This document shows positions 26,320 through 40,284 of a stretch of 64,000 nt of DNA, in pieces. Position numbers and translations under genes: made by a program. The stretch covers positions 92,010,001 through 92,074,000 of the forward strand of contig NC_087472.1 in the NCBI RefSeq assembly GCF_036321535.1, in the 5' to 3' direction. The stretch's first letter is position 1. Each line of letters opens with the position of its first letter. The notes under the pieces are model-generated. The model was not told the origin of the DNA, did not search any database, and worked only from the letters and a program-made list of their open reading frames with translations. Source of the DNA: Camelus dromedarius. Taxonomy: Eukaryota.

Positions 26320-27165
26320 CAAAATTGTAAAGATGGAGATTCTCCAAATTAATATATAAATTGGATTCAATTAAAATTTTTCAATGTAAGTTTTCAAAGA
26401 ATTTTATAAACTTGTCTTAAAATTCATATTTAATGAACATCAACATGTAAAAGAATGAAATTAGAACATTTTCTCACACCATATAAAAAATAAACTCAAA
26501 ATGGATTAATGACCTACATGTAAGACTAGAAACCATAGAACTCCTAGAAGAAAACATAGGCAGAATACTCTTTGACATAAATCATAGCAATATTTTTTGG
26601 ATCTGTCTCTTAAGGCAAAGGAAACAAAAACAAAAATAAACAAATGGAACCTAATTAAACTTAAAAGCTTTTGCACAGTAAAGGAAACCATCAACAAAAT
26701 GAAAAGACAACTCAGTGACTGGGAAAAAATATTTGCAAATGATTTGACCAATGAGGGATCAATATCCAAAATATATAAACAGTTCATACAACTCAAAAAA
26801 AAAACATACCAATTAAAAACATATGCAGAAGAACTGAACAGGCATTTTTCAAAAGAAGATACACAGATGGTCAACAGGCACGTGAAAAGATGCTCAACAT
26901 CACTAATCATCAGAGAAATGCAAATGAAAACCACAATGAGATGTCATCTCACACTAGATACTAAAATAAATCTCACAATAAAAAGGCTTAGAGTGAAAGC
27001 ATTTCTTAAAGAAAAAATCATAAACAAAAAAGATAGATGAATTTGATTACATTAACAATAATGATAGCAAAAGTCAACAGAATATAAGTATAAAGCAAAG
27101 AGTGGAATATGACATTTGCAGCTCACATAACCCATAAAGGATAGTCCAGGATATACTAAAGCATG
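26320..27165 (+). mobile_element. Old L1 remnant containing a younger internal ORF2 segment (about 26434-26954)
   Basis: ORF 26597..27040 ([33 protein letters not shown]...[22 protein letters not shown]) is L1 ORF2; flanks are much more degenerate L1. Confidence 0.85.
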
Positions 27166-29607
27166 GATGCTCATTTTTATTACTCTACTATCATTCCTTA
27201 CTATTGGGTCTTCTATGATTGATGCTTCTAATATTGATTTACAAACTTACAGTAAATTTATTGAAACTGAACTATTACTTTAGTACTTGAAGGGTAGAAT
27301 ATTTTGCTCACTGAGTTGCAATAAGGTTAAACTGCAATTATAGTTACAAGAGTTGGATCAAAACAGATATTACTTTTAGACAATATAATATATAATAAAA
27401 TATAATTCAATATTTTTGAATAAAATTTCAAAATCCAATCTCTCTTATGGTACATAGAGAAAAAGTAAGCCTAATGTAGTTCAAACTGGTTGAGATTTCT
27501 ATAGTTCTAAAGTAGGTTTTCTGTTTGTAACCTTTACCCTGTTAGTAGATTTCCCAATAGACAAATAAATATATATGCTTCAAGCACTAACTAATAATAC
27601 ATTTTATTAAAATGTAAGAGGAAATATTTAAGATATCTAAAATTAAAATTAAAAGATAAAACTCAGTATCATAGAAACTAGTATGAGAGTTTTTTAAAGT
27701 CTGATATTTAGACTTATTCCTACAGAAAATTTTTAGGACAAAAATATTCATGACTCTTATGATTTAGGCTTCTAAGTTCAACACTTGAAATATACCAAAG
27801 AAAATGACAGTACAGTTTGTTTCATGTCTTTGAAGTGAAAAATCCTTTATCTATAAGTAAGTATATGAATTCCATATTTCTGCTGAACTTAAAATCAAGC
27901 TAAAATAAATCAAAATTTAGTATTAAAATATATCTTCCATGTGCAAGTCTCTGTGCTAAACATCATCAATCAATACATATTTTTCACTAGGTCTTATCTA
28001 AATCAATACCCCATTTTGGAATCTAGCTTTCAAAAAGTGGATGGAAAATAGTAACTAAAATGTCTAATGCAGTGTGTGTATGTAAAATCCAGTAGAAAGT
28101 TTGGAAATTATTATCACTTACAATTTATACACTATATTTTCAATACATTCTAATCATCTGGAAAAAATGTCATATCATATTGACCTCTTCTGTATTCATT
28201 TAAGGTAAAAAGACGTTAAGGTTTATTTTCCCTCTTTATTCTATTTATGTTGGAAATTAAATTATCATATGTGGTCATTTTTTAATTCATGTGGTAGCCT
28301 AGGAACTGAATCATGTAAGTATTTAGTTTATCAATGCTGTATAAAGCCATGATGTTTCCTATTATTCATGTGCTCTGTATACAGAGTTTCGGGTTCCTTT
28401 CTTTTTTGTTGTAATAAACCAGCAGAATAGCATAAGCATTTCAACTTTAGGGGGACTTCTGACTTCTTGCCTTTTAAGGACTATTTTTAGTAGAATAATT
28501 TCTCCTACTACTGAATGAAAACTCAGAAATTCCCATGATTCTATGCTCTTAGGAAACGTATGGTCATACACTTACTTTAAGTTACAAGTATTGCCTCTTG
28601 GTCTAAGGTATAAGGTCTCAGGTCTAATGTCTAAGGTCACAGTAATCAACCGTTTGATCTTCAATCAAAGCTAAAGAGCTCTCCTCCCATCCTCCTGGAC
28701 ATGCCTTATACAGGGTGACCTATGTGACCAGCTTGCATACCTTTCTTGTCATATCCACACCAAGGGACAAAGAAATGGGGAGGAGTAAAGAGACAGAAGG
28801 ACAGACTCTTCTCATTTGGTTGGTGACTGGCAAATGTTTATAGCTGAATCTTTCACTTAAGGGTACAGATGTGGATTTGTCATTGGTCCTCAGCTTGGGG
28901 TTAAGCTTCTGAGATGTTGAGAGGCCTCCCCTTTGGTTGCCACTGTCTCCTTTGACCAAGCATCTGGGAGGACACATATCCTGGGCAGGGCTTTAAACTT
29001 CTCCAGGTAGACTTTCTCTTCCATGTGGACCAAATCTGCTCCATGGGAAACACTCATGCCTTCCTACCTCTCTGCCTCCTCCCCACCCTTGGCAGGAGTA
29101 TCACTTTCTGGTCCTTTACTCTCTCCCCTTTTCTTCCCTCTCCCCCTTTCCCTCCCTAACTCTCTCTTTCTCCCTCCCAACACCCCTACCCTAGCATACA
29201 TGCTTTAAATTTCAGAGGTGTGAATGAGGCATAAGTACACTGCTTCTCCCAACTCCAGTAAACACACATTAACCTCTCTGAGTGTCTCACTAAAACTTCC
29301 ACCCTTTAGACTGTCAGGGAAAAGGTAGCTTGCTCACACCACCAGAGAGGGAGGAGAAAATGCCAGCAGCACTCTAAAGAAATCTTGCCAGCTTCTCTCT
29401 GCCTCTCCATTCTAGATTCTTTTATATTCTCAAAATGGGTGGAAGTTTCAAAAGTCATGGAACTCTTCTGACTTAGCCACTCTGAAGATTCCTCCAGGGT
29501 ATTTTGTCTCACACTCAGCTGGATATCTGATAATTATACATTGGCACTTCAGGCTAAACGTCAATTTTCACATCCTATTAAATAATACTAATAAGAACAC
29601 TAACAAC

Positions 29608-29848
29608 AACAACTAACATTTCTTGAGATGTTGCTTTGTTCTCCTGGTTCTCATGTCCTTATTCATATTAGCCTATTTTATCCTCTCAACAATCCTATGA
29701 GCTAAACATGAGTGTTATCAACATTTCCAAGATCAATGAAGTGAATCCCAGCAAGGTGTTAAGTAATTTTCTTAAGACATACTGCCAGATTTTGAAACCA
29801 GGTAGTGTGGCTCCAGAGCTGGTCTTAACCACTCTGATAATCTGCTTC
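29608..29848 (-). mobile_element. MIR
   Basis: ttatcctctcaacaatcctatgag...gattttgaaaccaggtagtgtggctccagagc...cttaaccact. Confidence 0.75.
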
Positions 29849-30959
29849 TAGATCAATCAATAAATGGTAATTTTATCTTAAATATAAGATATAAAAATGA
29901 TCCTATGTTTGACTTAACTCTAACAATGAATTGAGTATGTTGGTAGAACAATTTTATAACATGAACTTCCAGTTCTCTTTTCTTGGGTGTTTTTTATAGC
30001 CGAGATTCCTGAAAGTTTTTGATTCAGCATTTTCCACAGAATTTTTGACTATATCAAAATGTCATTACTCTTCATAGATAAACATACATTTATGGCAAAT
30101 CACGGAACCTTCCGTTTTGCTAAAAGTTCAGTTATTTTTTAGACCAAAGTACAAAGTCTCCTGCTGTAAGTCTACAAACTGATTTTCTTTGATTTTTAAA
30201 AAAGTGAACACTTTTGAAACAGAAATTTTATGTAGTCAAACAGTAATTGCATATGGCTCAATCCCTCACAACTCCTGAGGTGTCACAAAAAGGAAAACTG
30301 TCAACATATTCTTCTTTTACAAATATGCTATGTGAGAATTTATGCCATTTTCCTTTCAATATAAACTTCTTGCAAAGCCGTAATACTATTACTCTGAGAC
30401 AGAAAAAATAAATCCAATTTTTGTAAAATATCTGTGGAAAAACTTCTTCAATGAAATAATTGTTAATATTTTTAAAGATGACTCAAAATAGTGATATTCC
30501 ATAACATTTTCATTTTTCACATTGATCAACTGATCGTATAATGATCAAGAGACAGAGAAAATAAACAAATGATTAATAATATCAAGAAAAGGGATTTAGT
30601 ATCTGCAAAAGGAAGTTAAGCAAATAGGTTTTAATATGAGAGCCTTTGGGATTGAAAATTAAACCTATAATTTGAACTCCGTCTGTGTAAATAAGTGACC
30701 TGTGATGTAAAATACTTATTCAGTATGCCACACACATGCACAAATATCCAAAATGTTCTATAATTTCTGAATTAATATAGAACCAAGATGTTATGTTTTA
30801 CATGACATGATACTATAATTTCTAATAGACCCTAGTGAAATCAAAGTACACATTGTGTGATGAGCATTTTATATCAAATAACAAAAAAGCGAAACCAGTC
30901 TTTGGCCTCAAATGTATTCAATTTTTTGGCTTCATTTCATTCATTTCATTTTTCATTCA

Positions 30960-31138
30960 ATAGAGAATTTTAGACCTGGGAGTTTCTTAGAGGTAATCTA
31001 GTCCATGTCTCTCCTTTTAAAGAAGAAAAAACAGAGGCACCAAGTGGTCAATTGGATAACACAAGATCACACAGAGAGATATCAAGTAGGGACAAAAGTT
31101 TGTTTCTTGATTCCTCCATTTTGAACTCTCTTCACCAT
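30960..31138 (-). mobile_element. MIR3/MIRc
   Basis: cttagaggtaatctagtcca...ttttaaagaagaaaaaacagaggcacc...caagatcacacag. Confidence 0.65.
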
Positions 31139-31879
31139 GTATGCCCACAACCCTCAGTAGAAAGAAACAATACAGCAAGTAGTGCCACCATATTTTTATT
31201 CTAAAAATTCCACTTGCAAAGAGAAAGGCTGACTGTCAGTATTCTCCTTTCATAAATGTTTGGATGCAGTCATCTTTTCCTTTTGGGCCAGTCTAGATGT
31301 GGTCAATCACAAGGAATCTGTTGAAAGCCATTTAAAAAACTACCAACATTTAGTCAACTTGAAAATGACAGAGCAATCAAAACATGAGAAAAAAAAAAGT
31401 TGTGATTAGAGTCAGTCAATCTTTACAGAGACCAGAAAGTTATGACCAAATTTGCTGTGACAAGATTCATGAACTAGGGTTTCTGGCTGGGGTTTCTAAA
31501 AAGACTATAGAGTTTTTAGAATAACACCTTGAAAAATTTTCTGCAAAGAACTTGAGCAGTCATTGTAATAATGTTTTTGAAGTCTCATTACTGTAAAAGC
31601 AAGGTCATTTGATAAAGAACTATATTAAAGAAGGAAATATTTGAAATAAAGTTACTGTATAATAAAATCCAGCTTGCTGGAAAATATTTATAATCCATAC
31701 ATTTACATTTGCATGAGTTACGTAATAGTAATTACCATTAAGGTCACTATTTCAATGCTGACAAAAGTCAAAGCTGAGAATAACAAAGCCAAAAAAAAAA
31801 AAAAAAAAAGGAGACCAAACTTTAAATCAATTCAGAAATCATTAACTTAAAATCTAATTTTGGCATACAATTGGAAACT

Positions 31880-31995
31880 CTGGTTGCCTTTAGGGAGAAT
31901 AATTGGGTAGCTGGGTTTGGGACATCAACTTTTCATTGTGTACCTTTCCATAACTTTTGTGTTATGATCCAAGAAAAGAATTACATATTAAAAAG
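31880..31995 (+). mobile_element. L1ME-like 3' end fragment
   Basis: tggttgcctttagggag...acttttcattgtgtacctttc. Confidence 0.5.
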
Positions 31996-32254
31996 ATGAA
32001 TTAAGTTGTAAAAAGTAACACAAAACCAGAAGTTCTATACTAATAAATATGGCTGTTTTATAGATTCTATGTGTACACATGAATTTGTTTTAACTCTATA
32101 TCCAAACTTAAAACCACTAGCCTATTTCTGAGTTATTTCAGTAATCAAGTTAGGAATGTTCATTGTACTATATAGGATTGCTGACTGCATGGAGAAAGTA
32201 ATAAAAATTACAGAAAGAAATTTACAGTTAGACTACTAAAGGTAGGACTTCCCT

Positions 32255-32400
32255 AACTTTTATCTTTCCTTCTTCCCTCCCTTCCTCCCTTTCTTTCTTG
32301 CTTGCTTCCTTCCTTCCTCCTTCCCTCCCTTTATGTAAAATGCACATCACACAATGTATACTTTGATTTCCTTCCTTCCCTCCCCTTCCTTCTTTTCTTC
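32255..32400. repeat. CT-rich low-complexity tract, (CCTT)n-like
   Basis: Direct reading. Confidence 0.8.
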
Positions 32401-32407
32401 TGATATG

Positions 32408-33170
32408 TCCAACATTCTTTTACAGCATACCTCCTATATGCTGGACACTGTGCTAGCCACTATTAATGCACAATGAGCAAAAAAGGCTTAGAACTTTGCC
32501 GTCTTGGGATTTAGAGTCTACTGGGAAAGACAGACATTTAACAAATAATTCCAGAGTTTAATGACATTATTGTTATAGTGAAAAGGAACAAGGTACTAAG
32601 AATGAATACCTGGGATACTCAGGGAGAGTCATGGAAAGATTCCTAGAGGATGTGAAATTTAAGCTTGGACTGAATAATGAGTAAAAATTGCCCAAATGAA
32701 GGCATGGGGAAAGAAAATTCTAGAAATAGGAAACATGTGTAAAGGCTTTAATTGGAACGAGCCTGGTGCCTGGTGGGGTGTGCTTGGAGATTAGTGAGGA
32801 AGGGGTAAAATAGCCAAAGAAAAGATTGGGTATAGCTAGGTCACAATAGCTCTTATGTTCTGTGTAAAGAGTTTTGAACTTTATTCCAAGTACAATGGAA
32901 AGCCATGGAAGGGATTTAAGAAGGATGATCACATGGTCCATATTACACTTCAGAAAGGTCATTCTGGTTGCTTTGGGCCAAATTAATTAGAAGTGGGCAA
33001 GAGTATATGTGGAAGAACAATTAAAAAGCAACTGTAGTACTCCTAATGAGATGCTGACAGTGGCTAATGTGCTCATGTCGGCTGTGAAGGAGAGAAATGA
33101 GGAGGTTTGGGATATATTTAGGAAATGCTGTCAACAGAACCTGGTAATTCATTAGATGTAAAGGGTCAGA
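32408..33170 (-). mobile_element. L2 LINE 3' region
   Basis: cctcctatatgctggacactgtgctag...ggaaagccatggaagggatttaag...cagaaaggtcattctggttgct...gatatatttagga. Confidence 0.8.
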
Positions 33171-34221
33171 TGTGCATCCTGTTCCTGTTCCACTGCCTCC
33201 AGAATTGATAACTGCAGAGAAAATTGTTTAAAATCCCTTTATTTTGAAATTTATGGAGTATATATAGAGCATTTCTGAATTTATTCTGGATATTTATAGA
33301 TGCCAATTTTATTTTATGTGACCAATTTTAGTTTTAGGTAATATAACATACACAAACACACACACACACAGAGCACACACATGTTTTGCCCACAAAGGGC
33401 AATAATAAGTTAAAAAAAAAGTGGACAGATCTTGTGTTAGCTTAGGATTCTTTTTTAAAATTAAAACATAACTATGCAGATATGCAAATATTGCTCTTAA
33501 TTCTTTCTTTTAATCATATTCATAGTTTTATATAAGCCATTACACAAACTTAAACAGAATTTAAACAGAATTTAAACTTTCAGACCAAGTTTATTTTTAA
33601 TAGAGAAACAATCACACGTGCAGAGTAAAAGCTGGGAAGCCTGTTCAGAACTGCTTACTCTTCACATCTCAGAATAGGCTGAAACTTTGCCTGCTAGGGT
33701 TTTGACTGAGGAGAGATCATTTATCTCTATAAAGGCCTCTCTTTTGGCAGCGTAGTGACAAATGGAAAGAGGTGGGTAGCTAAATATTTAGATTTCACAT
33801 CACTACATGACAGAGGCCTATAACAAAATCCAAGACAGGACAAGTTTTGGAATATGACTTCATCCATACCTCTCTATAAGTCTTTGGAAATCATCAGTAG
33901 TTAGTTTCTATATGAGGCATCCATAATATAAAAGAGCTTAATTTTATTTTTCAATGTTTTTCAGATCCTTTGTTCTCTAATCATTCATATATAAGAAAAG
34001 AGTATAGCTAGTTACAAGTTAGGAAGTAGCAAATGTCCTTGCAGGTATTGTGACTTCCTTCTCCCTAGCAATTTAAAAAAGACTATTTGTTCTTTTTCTG
34101 CCCGCAAAAGATACAGGATCACAGTGATGGAAAGGAAACCATGATGTAGAAACGTTTACCAAGAATTTTTCTGTTGCTCTTTCCTCAAATAAAGCCCATG
34201 CCCACCCACTGGAGTAAACAT

Positions 34222-34600
34222 CGATTTTGGAAAGAGCAACAGAGTTGTCATCTGAAATCTTGCGACCTGGCTCTTTTCCCTACTAAGTGTGTGACCTTGG
34301 ACAAATCATAACCTTTCTCGTTATACAGTTTAACTGATAAAATTGGGTTTATACCACCTGTCTGACCTATCTTCCTGAGCTGTTATGGAAGATGTATGGG
34401 CACTTTTTTAACCATATATTCTGGAGGCATCACTTTAAATGGAAGACACTGCCTTAGGCAGTTTGTTGTATGTGAAATATGGATTTAGGATTAGGAGACC
34501 TGAGATCTGTCAAAATTCTGCCACTATTTAGCTGTGTGACTTTCGTTACGATACTTCAATTCTTATCTTGTGTAAAGTGGAGGAATCACACTAGATTTTT
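34222..34600 (+). mobile_element. Two adjacent MIR fragments
   Basis: tactaagtgtgtgaccttggacaaatcataacctttctc and ctgccactatttagctgtgtgactttcg. Confidence 0.65.
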
Positions 34601-34606
34601 GTAAGG

Positions 34607-34825
34607 CAGTGGCTTCTCAGAGTAGTGGGAACTTTTTTTTACCCTACAGCATATATTTGGCAATGTCTGGAGGCATTTTTGATTTTTGCAACTGGGTGAA
34701 TGCTACTTGGATCTAGTGGGTAGGGGCCATGAATGCTGCTAAATATCCTACAGTATACAGCCTTCCTCCCACAACAAAGAATTATTAAGCCCAAAAAGCC
34801 AATAGTGCCAAGGTTGAGAAATCCT
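34607..34825 (+). mobile_element. MER20 (hAT-Charlie)
   Basis: cagtggcttctcag...tttggcaatgtctggaggcatttttg...gctgctaaatatcctacagtatacag...aatagtgccaaggttgagaaatcct. Confidence 0.9.
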
Positions 34826-34850
34826 ATTCTAAAGCCTCATCCTGCTTTAA

Positions 34851-35000
34851 ATTTTTTTAACATTTTTTATTGAGCTATAGTCATTTTACACTGTTGTGTC
34901 AAATTCCAGTGTAGAGCACAATTTTTCAGTTATACATGAACATATATATATATTCATTGTCACATTTTTTTCACTGTGAACTACCACAAGATTATTTCCC
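34851..35000 (-). mobile_element. Young lineage-specific (camelid-like) L1, very short 3' end
   Basis: ttttaacattttttattgagctatagtcattttacactgttgtgtcaaattccagtgtagagcacaatttttcag; same family as the copies at about 40680 and 58940. Confidence 0.85.
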
Positions 35001-35311
35001 TTTAATCATAGGGAAAGGCATTCCATAAGTTACCCACTTGACTAATAGGTACCTAACTTTATCAAGAGATTTTATTTATTTCTATAATGAAAATAAACAT
35101 TGCCATCTATAGTGAAGTTCTTCACTAAAATGTAAAGACTGGTTATCATTTAGCACTAAGAGGAGCAAGAGTTTAAGCATCTTTACCACCATTGCCAAAC
35201 ACAATCCCACATGTGATGTTTCTCTGGGTATCCAGGATCCTCAAATTATATAACTGCAGTCCAAAGAACAATATAGTTGGCAGAAGGAAGTATTTCTGTC
35301 AGTTTTTGTCA

Positions 35312-35535
35312 GCACAGCAATGAAGACCATGAGTCTTAGCATCAGACTACTTGGGTTCAAGTCTCGTTTTCATCAATAACTATGTGAACTTGGGAAGCCT
35401 CTCTGTGCCTCAAGCTCCTCATCTATAAAATGTGATTGATAATACAGTTTGTGTTTTAAATGAGATCATTCAGGTAAAGCTCTTAGCATGGTATCTGACA
35501 CATAAGAAATACTCAGTCAATGTTAGCTATTGTTA
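35312..35535 (+). mobile_element. MIR
   Basis: cagactacttgggttcaagtctc...cctctctgtgcctcaagctcctcatctataaaatg...gtaaagctcttagcatggtatctgacacataag. Confidence 0.85.
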
Positions 35536-35852
35536 TAGTTAGATCTGAAGGTGAATTTTCATTACATTCCAGGGCATTTCTTTATTGGGGTCACTCAGAT
35601 TTATTGCTACTTATGAGCCTTTGCTGATACTGTGGGTTTTTTTTTTTTTTTTTTGGTCTAGTGTGCCTTTCTCCATCTAGAGAAATTATATTCATCCTTT
35701 GAGTCTCAAAGCCAACATTACCTCCCTGAAAGGGGCTTGTTGGGCCCTTGTGAGCAGATAAAGCCTTTCTATCTATGATATTCTTAAAGATCTCTATTCA
35801 TAACATACTCTAAAGAAAAATCAATCTATATCCTTCACACTATATTATCATT

Positions 35853-35888
<36 letters not shown>

Positions 35889-35890
35889 CA
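35853..35890. repeat. (CA)n microsatellite
   Basis: Direct reading. Confidence 0.9.
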
Positions 35891-36839
35891 AGCATCAGCC
35901 TCCTTAGCTGGAATGACAAGCTTCCTGACTGATATCTACACGGACATGGCAGGCACACTGGGCCCGACATGAATGTGAAAACTGGATCAATACTGGGAAA
36001 TATCTTGCTCTAGTAATAAAGAATAAAATTGAATTTGCAAGCTGAAATTAAATCTTTATCATTGAGAAATTGAAGAGCAGAAAAGTCCCATGTTTGACAG
36101 GGTAAGATGACTGAGAAAAAGCAGAACTCAGCAGGATCCATTTATAGCTAGATCCAAGGTATACTTTCTCCAAGTGTACAGAAGTGCCTGGGTTCTAAAG
36201 AGATGACACAACACATTCTGTTTTGATTCCATTGTCCATAATATGTATTAAAACGTTAAAAAGAAGAATAGCTGCCTATTATATTTGGTGTGTGGGTTTT
36301 TCTGAAATGAAGATAAATCACTCCACATGGTGGATTTTAGATATGACTAGTGCTGCTTAACAAATCTTACATGACAGTAATAAGCTTAGTCTCACAGTAG
36401 ACAGTTAAGCTAAAAAGATAAGAAAATGCTAAGCAAAATAAAAGTATCCTGTCAATAATTCCAACCCATAAAACATGGTTGACCTTCTCCACCACACTAG
36501 AAAAGAAAAAAAAAGGAAAAGAAAGGAGTGTTTTCAGGACTTCCATGTTACGAGTGTTAAAATGTGACCACTAATGGGATTTAGGTACATGACTGCAATT
36601 ATCCATGGACTAATTAAAAATGACTATGACTTGTCACTCACATTGTTCACGGCATATCAACAATAGCAAACATGACTGGGTTCACTTTAATTTAGAGTTG
36701 TGTCAGATTAGCTAATAGAGAGTATTACAATTATTGATCAAGCTCATAAATCCTCTGTGAAAACTTGTTGACAGTTTACGTTTATGCCATCATCTTATAA
36801 AATGTCAAGAACCAATTTCCTAAAGTTACATGCAGACTA

Positions 36840-37855
36840 TCAGGTAATGATGGTAGAATGAACACAGAAATACAAGTTTTTTTTTTCCTCTTGAGTACAC
36901 ACGAAAATACAAATGAAGGACTTTTTAATTAAGCACAAACCCATAAAGGAAACAGAGGCGGGAACCAGAGTGACAGAATTTCAGAAGCTAGACAGTTAAA
37001 CAAGTAGTAACTCATTCAAAAGATCTGAAAACGCTGAACCCTAATCTAACAGATGTTCAGGCCAAGAAAAACGTGATTTCTAGTGCAGAACCCCCTAAAG
37101 GCTAAGGAATTGATAATGCTAGACATCCATGGAAGGGAGTATGAGAATGAGGCAAAAATAAAGAGGACTGTTCAAAAATATTTTATAGAATAAATCAGGT
37201 ATCAATTCCTTTCTCCGGCATGGCATAGACTAGAAGTTTATTCTCTGGAGGAGGTCAAAGACAGTCTCTACACAGCTGAAGGCGTGCTTTTTATGCTGAA
37301 CGTAAAATCTTTTCCGACTCATCTATCACAAGCAGGCAGAATATTGGAGGATTCTTCTGGATGAATCTGACCAGTGCAAAACAAAAGAGCCAAAGATACT
37401 GAGAGCAGGGGCTTCCCAACGAGGCAGACAACTTAACCATGAAGCCCAAGATCAAAAGGCTGTGAAGAGTTCCCCAGCATCTTTTTACTGCCTTACACTT
37501 AATGATGAGCAGACACCAAAAACTGAGGGAAGCCTTTAACATGAGGGAGACTCAAATATGCAAGTAAATAGACAATAGGAATGTGGGGAGAATAAAGATA
37601 ATGTAGAGAGAAAAACAACCATCATAAAACAAAATAAAAGATCTAACTTAAATACCCTTAGAGAGAGAAGAGATGCTCTCGTCTCCACATTACAAGAACA
37701 CGGTGCTATAGAAAAAGATATCTATAGAAAGCAAGGGAAAACACTTAGTAATTAAAGATATGTATCAGAAAAGAAAAAAAATCAGTAAGAGGGTTGGAAA
37801 ATAAAGTTTAGGAAATCTCCCAGAAAGTAAAGCAAAGAGAGAAAGAGATGGAAAG
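36840..37855 (+). mobile_element. HAL1 or old L1 5'/ORF1 remnant
   Basis: gggttggaaaataaagtttaggaaatctcccagaaagtaaagcaaagagagaaagagatggaaa resembles the HAL1/L1M ORF1 coiled-coil region. Confidence 0.55.
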
Positions 37856-39796
37856 TACTATACTGAGCAGCTCAGCTTTCACTAGTTTTTCCACCATCAT
37901 AAGCAACCAGTAGATGGTGATGAAGCCACAATGACTATACAGGAGGATGGGTAAGCAGGAGATGCATGATTGTGCAGTAGGGGAGTTTTTAGTTTATATA
38001 AGATGGCTTTCACAGCATGACTCCAAAGTGTAAGTACATGTAACTGTGATGAAAATAGCTTCACTTGCATTGTAAATGAAATACACAAACACATATATAT
38101 ATCAACGAAGACATTCCATTCTCAAAGACGGGGGATACGCAATTGTGCATTTTGATTAGTTTTCACTGTCAAATGTTTTATTTTAGTGTGGAAAAAATAA
38201 AAGGTATTATGATTATAGTCATTCCTGGAGGCAGGACATGATCAGGAGCAGTCTTGAGATCTTCTTAGAAGCAAAATTTGTGGGGAGAGAAAGGATAACA
38301 TAGTAAGCATTTAAGCTAAATATAAATTTTAATCTGCTCAATTCAAGTGACTGGTCTTTTCTCTGAAGAACTTTCAGAGTTTTGGATTTTAAATTGTTCT
38401 TTTAAAAAACTATAAATTACATTAATAGCAGATGTTAGCTTCTCTATTTTCTTAATAATATAATTTGGCAAACTAAGTAAATTGACAGCTTTATGATGAT
38501 TCCCTTCCACCCTCCCTCCCTCTCTTCCTTCCTTCCAATAGTCCACCTGGGTCCTGGAATCTAAATGTTTTGGAAGCACTGCTCTAAATGGCACTCAAAA
38601 TTCTCATTCCTTTTATGAAAAAAAATACGGTGACGCTTCACTTTCTAACTACATTGAACAACCCAGGATAAAAATCCCATGCCTACTGACAAGTGCAATT
38701 CCCCTTTGTTTCAAATCACATTGCATTATGTGGCCATTTGTGTACCATTTTCGAGCCTTGCTGATGACCAGCACAGTAGGATGAAATGCACTTCAATGAG
38801 GTGGAAAATGGAAGTCCCTCAAACACTCAGAAATCAATATAGCATGGAAAGATAGACAAAGGAAGAATAAAACAGTATGAAACCTGAAAGTGGTAAGGAA
38901 TTCAAATGTAAATAGACACAGTTCTAAATCAATACCAATCAAATATGTGTCCAGCTGGATAATTTTAAAAAATGGTTGAAAAAAATTGAGTCAATTAACT
39001 TTTCAAAATGTTCTACCATATCCCTAGTTATTTAAACTTTTGTCTAAATTATCCAGTTATGAAATATTTTAAATATATTATATACAGTGCCTTTCTTTCC
39101 TTGACAGAAGGAGAAGAAAATGAAGCAGTAGCAAAAAGAAATGGCATAATTCATAATATCTCTACTGGGATATTAATCTGATAATATATATTTGTAGATG
39201 AGTGATTTTGAATGGATACAACTCAACTGTGAAAATAATCAACAGTTTTCTTAGTTACATCTTATAATTATGTTTTTAATTAATTAAAATTAATTAAAAT
39301 ACTTGGAAATGTGGAAGAGTAGACAATGATATGATAATAAGATGGTAGCAAAGCTCCTAAAAAAGGCTTTTTTCTTAGGACACAGTAGTAAATATTAAAC
39401 AATTTTCATTATACTAGGAAAAACAAGATAACTCTCAAAAACATTGCAATTAACCTTCAGTCATTCAATAAGAAGTTACTGAACAAAATCCATCTGTTGG
39501 TTACTCAGAGATAAATAAAACACATTCCCCCCTCCTCAAGAGGAAAATCAGACACTCAGAAATTAGTATACTTATTATAATAACAATTTGAGGCATGGTG
39601 AGAAAAATAAGTGCATTCTCAGACCAGTAATTATCTGACTTCCTCTCCAGGAGAATCTCTGAAATGCCTGTCCAGTCAAAACACCTCACTCAAGCTATGT
39701 TCACATTTCCAAATAAGGGAGAACCTTGCCAAAATGTCCCACGGTCCTGTAACCACTGTTTGAGTCAACGTATTTCCCTTAAATACTGCTCCACTT

Positions 39797-40268
39797 AATA
39801 CTACTCAGCCATAAAAAATAATAAAACAATGCCCTTTGCAGCAACATGGATGTCCTTGGAGAATATTATTCTAAGTGAAGTAGGCCAGAAAGAGAAAGAA
39901 AAATACCATATGATATCACTTATATATGGAATCTTAAAAAAAAGACAAATGAACTTATTTACAAAACAGAAACAAACTCACAGACATAGAAAACACACTT
40001 ATGGTTACCAGGGTAGGAAGGGGGTGGGAAGGGATAAATTGGGAGTTCGAGATTTGCACGTATTAAGTACTATATGTAAAATAGATAAACAAGTTCATAC
40101 TGGATAGTGCAGGGAACTATATTCAATATCTTGTAGTAACTTATGGTGAAGAAAAATATGAAAACGAATATATGTATATTCATGTATAACTGAAGCATTA
40201 TGCTGTACACCAGAAATTGATACAACACTGTAAATTGACTATACTTCAATAAAAAATATACATACAAA
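39797..40268 (+). mobile_element. 5'-truncated L1 (ORF2 end plus 3'UTR) inserted in an L2
   Basis: ORF 39829.. MPFAATWMSLENIILSEVGQKEKEKYHMISLIYGI is the ORF2 C-terminus. 16-bp TSD aaatactgctccactt (39781-39796) / aaatactgctcctctt (40269-40284). Confidence 0.92.
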
Positions 40269-40284
40269 AAATACTGCTCCTCTT

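Noticed and set aside
26506..27040. Overlapping 142-aa and 147-aa ORFs
   Set aside because: An L1 ORF2 fragment and its antisense frame.
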